A DNA stretch of 63,872 bases, the filler included, from Octopus bimaculoides (Eukaryota), in assembly GCF_001194135.2 (NCBI RefSeq). It is 5 parts of 5 records of this genome, joined end to end, with 100 filler letters (N's around TTAATTAATTAA, not from the genome) between each part and the next. Parts side by side here need not be neighbours in the genome. Positions count along the whole stretch, not along the records: positions 58,523 to 63,872 come from NC_068982.1; 4 more parts are not named here. One strand, 5' to 3'. Numbering within the stretch: position 1 is the stretch's first letter; each line of letters opens with the position of its first letter. This document shows positions 59,238 through 63,872 of this stretch, one piece after another. Made by a program: the position numbers and the translations under genes. The notes below the pieces were generated by a model. The model had not been told where the DNA came from, made no database searches, and was given only the letters and a program-made list of their open reading frames with translations.

Positions 59238-62200
59238 TTAATGAACACATATTTCATTTTAATCTTATATTATTACGACCGAAGATTCCACGCTCATTAG
59301 TTAGTTCAACATTATTTAAATTTGTGTCGTTGCAAGCATTTATCTAGAACAAATCAAAAGATTCATATGGCTTAGTACAGTAGAAAGTTACTCTAAAGAC
59401 ATTTAATTTGGAATCGAGGTAACCGTAAGTAGCCGTGTTGCAAACGAGAATTACGGGAACGGAGTTACAGCGAGGTTTGTGTCAGCACATATATCTACCA
59501 ACCGAGGTGTGCGTCAATATACCAGTTTTCTCACATGTTCTTTTATTCTCATATCATACGTTCATACGTTTTCTCACTGTACATTATTTACTTGTAGCAA
59601 AGGACTGAGACCCGACCAATGGGCTATCAAGTTTAACATCGGATTTCTTAGATTAGTTACTGAATTCAATCCAGATCGGTGCTGTGCTAGCTAGAGTTAT
59701 TCAATAGACTGGTTTCACCGAAGGCTTTCTCCTGTGTGTATCATACCATCCGTAATTCACTGTTCGTAACTTACAGAATATGGTACAACCAACCTTTATC
59801 ATCAAACCTGGTGGAAATACAAAGCACACACACAAAACAAAAGCTGCATAGCACGTATTTTTTTTTTTGTAAGTGCATCTCTTTGCTGTGTATATAAACG
59901 TATGAATATGCTTTGTTGACTGGACTTAGCATTTTTGAGTTGCAAATATAAACTAATGCCCACAAATGTGATAACTTCAATTGCCATTCAGTATCTTGCT
60001 GTAGTCATTGTAGATAGAATTATAAAGGAAATATTTTTATGTACATTGGATTCGTCTCAGCTGAATTCGGAATTATAAATACCGTGTTGGTTTTGAGACC
60101 GAGATAGGCTTCTAAATAAGCGTTCCTCGTATTAGTCCAATAGTAATCCTACACTTATCGTTGTAATTTCTAAAAGAATATAACGGAACCCATTTGATGT
60201 TTACGTAGGGAGAGTACTTGGCGTTATAGTAATTTGAGTGGATTAACCACTCGAATGACTATGGCGCTTAATGTTCACATCAGATCTTGAATGCTTGTGC
60301 AATGGCTTGTGATGACACATATTAAGACGAATGTTATCTCTTGATAGAACTACTCATATGCAACCAAGGCGACTCTCCGAGGTATGAGGATTAATGATTG
60401 ATGAAGTGTCGTCAAAACAATAAGCATAGAATCCTAGGAAGACGAAGAAGAGTAAAAATAGAAGTTAAGAAATGAGAGAAAAGAAAGGGAGAAGGAGGGA
60501 GTTGGGAATGAAAGGTGTTCGAGCCAGAAGAAGAGAAGGATAGGAACATATAATTATAAGAAGAGGAAGAGCTATACTGTTAATGCTGGCATATGAAGGC
60601 CGATAATCCAGGATACTATCACGTGGTGGGTGGTGATGCTTCGCTAGATTAAAGCTGGATAGTATCCAATACAGGAATATGCTTAAAAGTACGTGTCTTT
60701 AATTTCCTGGTATGCAAACAAGAAGTTTTCTCTCTTCTGTTTAGAATATTGTCATTTTGAACTTCTCAGTGATGCACAAGCTACACTTGTTGCCGCGCCC
60801 GTTATATTTATATGCCTTTGTACGTATTAATATCTATGCATAAGCACATATTTATACAGCTTCCAATAGGTTTTGTAGTGAATCAGTAAATGTCCAGTTC
60901 GATAAAACCACCTTGTTGCTAAAACACATAGCTTACCATGAATACGGCTGCCCATTTTTACAGCTAGTTAACAAGTTGCAATATTTATCTAAACATGGGT
61001 TGTTCCTGTTGCATTTTCAGGAGATATTTATGATGTATTCGTTCTAAAACCGGAGTTGTTTACGTTGTGTTCCTTTATGACGCAGGTCGTAGCGATTAAG
61101 CAAAGAAAGTCGTTGAAATAAGAACCAGACTGAAATTAGCTCTAGCATTGATATTATCGTCTACACATCTTACATAGGTATACCAGCATAGCTGTAGTCT
61201 AAAAGCTGACGAAAGCAGAAGCGAAAACACTCTAAGTTATTTCTGCAACGCTCCTATTTTGTGGGAACACCTAAGTTTTGCTGTGGTTTTCACAAATGTC
61301 ATTATTCTGTAGAATCTTATTTGGTGTGTAGTTGCGTTCATGCTTATATGAAGTCTTTTATTCAGAGACTTATAGTTTGTCATATCTCTCCTAATGTAAA
61401 GTAACTACAAAATGTATCAGTAATTCACGTGAATTCGGGAAAAGTTTGAGCATAAAAGATTACCAATACTGTCGCTAAATTGAATTATCATGAGATTCAA
61501 TTATTTCTCAGATAACCGTAAGATTTAATAAAACACACAGAAGCACAGCCGAATTTCCTTGTCTTCTTCTTCACTCTTATAATACTCCTAATCTAGTTGG
61601 AACAGGAAATTCCTGCTGTGATCCATATTCTGTTGCTTTCATCGAGGAATGTAAAACCTCAGAAAATTGTACAAGTTACAAAAACAGGAATCAAAAGCTG
61701 ATCTAATACAGATGGTGATGTATTTTCCATCTCTCTGACTTGGAGAATCTAAGAAACCAAATGGAATTCTTATCTAAATTATTACTATAAGGTTTCTGTG
61801 CTTAACACTGAATTCGAATCATATGTGACCTCAAGATAATACAGAATCTTCAATAAAACCGGAGAATTTTTCACGTAAATTCAAAATTGTTTAATTACAA
61901 TAATCATCAAGCCATGTAGAAGTCGAGATAACTGATTAGATATTGTGCAGTAACAAAAGAAAAAAACTATACTATACACATTATAGATAGAGTCTGCAAC
62001 GCTTTGTCTGGTCATCAAACATTGATTCAGAATGACTAATGGAATGATGTTCATTGCGGTTCTAGATAGAGCATGTACAGATTAACTTACTTCATTTAAC
62101 TGAGGTTAAAATATGAATAGTAATCCTAATACGCAACCCTTTAACACCAGCATCTAGTTCTTCAGCAAAGTTAACATTACTGCGAGCATTCCAACTCTAC

Positions 62201-62486
62201 CATCTACCCCCTATACATTTCCCTGCATATATTCAGCTGGGCATCAGATACAACTATCTCGACTATGTGGTAGTAGTTACAGTGTGGTACATAATGCCTT
62301 TTTCTTTCTCACGATCTCATAAAACAAAGCTGTTGAAAATAGCTACCCTATCATCAGCATATTCTATCTGCTAAACAATAGCGCCTTATTCAAGGGCTAT
62401 ATATATTTAATCGCTTTCATGCTACAGAACCAGCGACCCCGAAGAGCTGCCTTCGCAACCAGCAGATATTTATCATAAAAGCGCTA

Positions 62487-62990
62487 TAGCGCAGGAGTGG
62501 CTGTGTGGTAAGTAGCTTTCATACCAACCACATAGTTCCGGGTTCAGTCCCACTCGGGCAAGTATCTTCTACTATAGCCTCGGGCCGACCAAAACATTGT
62601 GAGTGGATTTGGCATACGGAAACTGAAGGAAGCCTGTGTGCGTGTGTGTGCGCGCATGTGTGTGCGCGCGTGTGTGTGCGCGCGTGTGTGTGCGCGCGTG
62701 TGTGTGCGCGCGTGTGTGTGCGCGCGTGTGTGTGCGCGCGTGTGTGTGCGCGCGTGTGTGTGCGCGCGTGTGTGTGCGCGCGTGTGTGTGCGCGCGTGTG
62801 TGTGCGCGCGTGTGTGTGCGCGCGTGTGTGTGCGCGTGTGCGTATGTCTGTGTTTGTCCCCCATGTGTGTGTAAGCATACATACAAACGCATGTTGGTGT
62901 ATTCACGTCCCCGTAACTTCGCGGTTCGGCAAAAGAAACCGATGGAATAAGTACTAGGCTTACAAAGAACAAGTTTTCGGGTCGAAAACG
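62487..62990 (+). mobile_element. SINE family A, near full length, expanded internally
   Basis: GCGCAGGAGTGGCTGTGTGGTAAG...GGTTCAGTCCCACT...[minisatellite]...CGTCCCCGTAACTT...AATAAGTACTAGGCTTACAAAGAA. Confidence 0.9.
62657..62824. repeat. Minisatellite (TGTGTGTGCGCGCG) x12, perfect
   Basis: Counted directly; 14-bp unit, strictly alternating purine-pyrimidine. Confidence 0.95.
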
Positions 62991-63528
62991 TGAATAAAAC
63001 AAGATATACTGGCAATATATAATTTGACATTGTCCAAGTTCCCAGGTTACATTATATGCCGGAAAACTAAGAAGTATATAGTTAATTATATGGAGATCGT
63101 TTGTTGGCATAAAGAAAACCACGGTTAAAAATCTAATTCCATGTTTTTGAAGTAGCATAAATGATACATTTTTAAAGTGATTGAATGCTTTAAAAGTACA
63201 ATCTCTTGCAATCCAGACGGAGTGAAACACATTGAACATATGTCATTTGTTCAGATGTTGCACTAAGATATATGTACATGTGTATGTGTGTTTGTATGTG
63301 TGTGTGTATGTATGTGTGTGGGGAGTGTGAATGTGTCCGTAGAAATATATCTGTATATATATATAGATAGATAGATACATACATACATACATACATACAT
63401 GCGTATGTATTATACAGCAAGCGTGCGTAGTTTCGAGCGTATGGGCGTGTTTACGAATCAATATATAATCTATGTATATATCAACATACACACACACACA
63501 CACACGCATATATATATATAAAATAAAT

Positions 63529-63872
63529 AGCTATATCAGAGATGACTTGGATATGCTAAATCACCTCCCAAAGGAAGTAAAGGAAGAAACAATCATGGTC
63601 TCATTTGACGTCATTAATTTATACACCAGTATACCTCATAATTATGGACTTGAGGCAATTCAATTCTGGCTGGATCAATTCCCGAAAGAAATCCCAAACA
63701 GGATCAGTAAAGAATTCATTACTAAATCGGTTGAATTCATCTTACGAAACAACCACTTCATGTTTGACAATACTTTCTACCGACAAAAATCCGGAATTGC
63801 TATGGGCACTAGGGCAGCTCCAGTCATTGCGAACCTAACAATGGGTTACTTGGAAATAATAATATACCAGGA
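63529..63872 (+). mobile_element. Penelope-like retroelement (lineage 1 relative), uninterrupted RT frame running off the window end
   Basis: 114 stop-free codons: SYIRDDLDMLNHLPKEVKEETIMVSFDVINLYTSIPHNYGLEAIQFWL...RQKSGIAMGTRAAPVIANLTMGYLE; colinear with 31637-31965; starts just after (TA)n. Confidence 0.9.

Noticed and set aside
61200-61235. CTGACGA...GCGAAA hammerhead-like motif
   Set aside because: Two extra bases before a 2-bp stem II; no stem I or III.
62505-63239. Overlapping 100-230 aa ORFs with (CARV) or (RAHT) repeats
   Set aside because: Translations of the 14-bp minisatellite inside a SINE.

Overview
Repeat-saturated eukaryotic DNA from a short-read draft assembly, most likely a coleoid cephalopod (Octopus-type SINE families from recall, plus extreme microsatellite density; inference, not a database result). 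About 8.3 kb in 25 blocks is N. Four of the gap blocks are artificial 100-nt joins (N44-TTAATTAATTAA-N44), so the window is at least five separately assembled pieces. I find no confidently supported host gene, tRNA, rRNA or CRISPR array; nearly all ORF-track entries are microsatellite translations or read through N gaps. Supported content: three tRNA-headed SINE families (about 30 copies or fragments); Penelope-like elements of two lineages (RT only at 30.8-32.5 kb, RT plus GIY-YIG at 36.3-37.8 kb, and a still-open RT frame running off the right edge); fragments of R4/Dong-type, RTE, CR1-type and Tx1/L1-type LINEs; Tc1/mariner and Mutator-like MITEs. Most interesting: a degenerate minimal hammerhead ribozyme in a short non-coding module (16879-16924, minus), an RTE copy whose peptides recall decapod RTEs, a chimeric R4 array with two copies truncated at the same 5' point, a MITE family sitting in (TA)n, a foldback MITE with 15-bp subrepeats and a 9-bp TSD, several perfect palindromes and inverted SINE pairs, and small transcription-factor motif clusters. 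Candidate micro-exons are speculative. I see no evidence strong enough to claim a new biological system.
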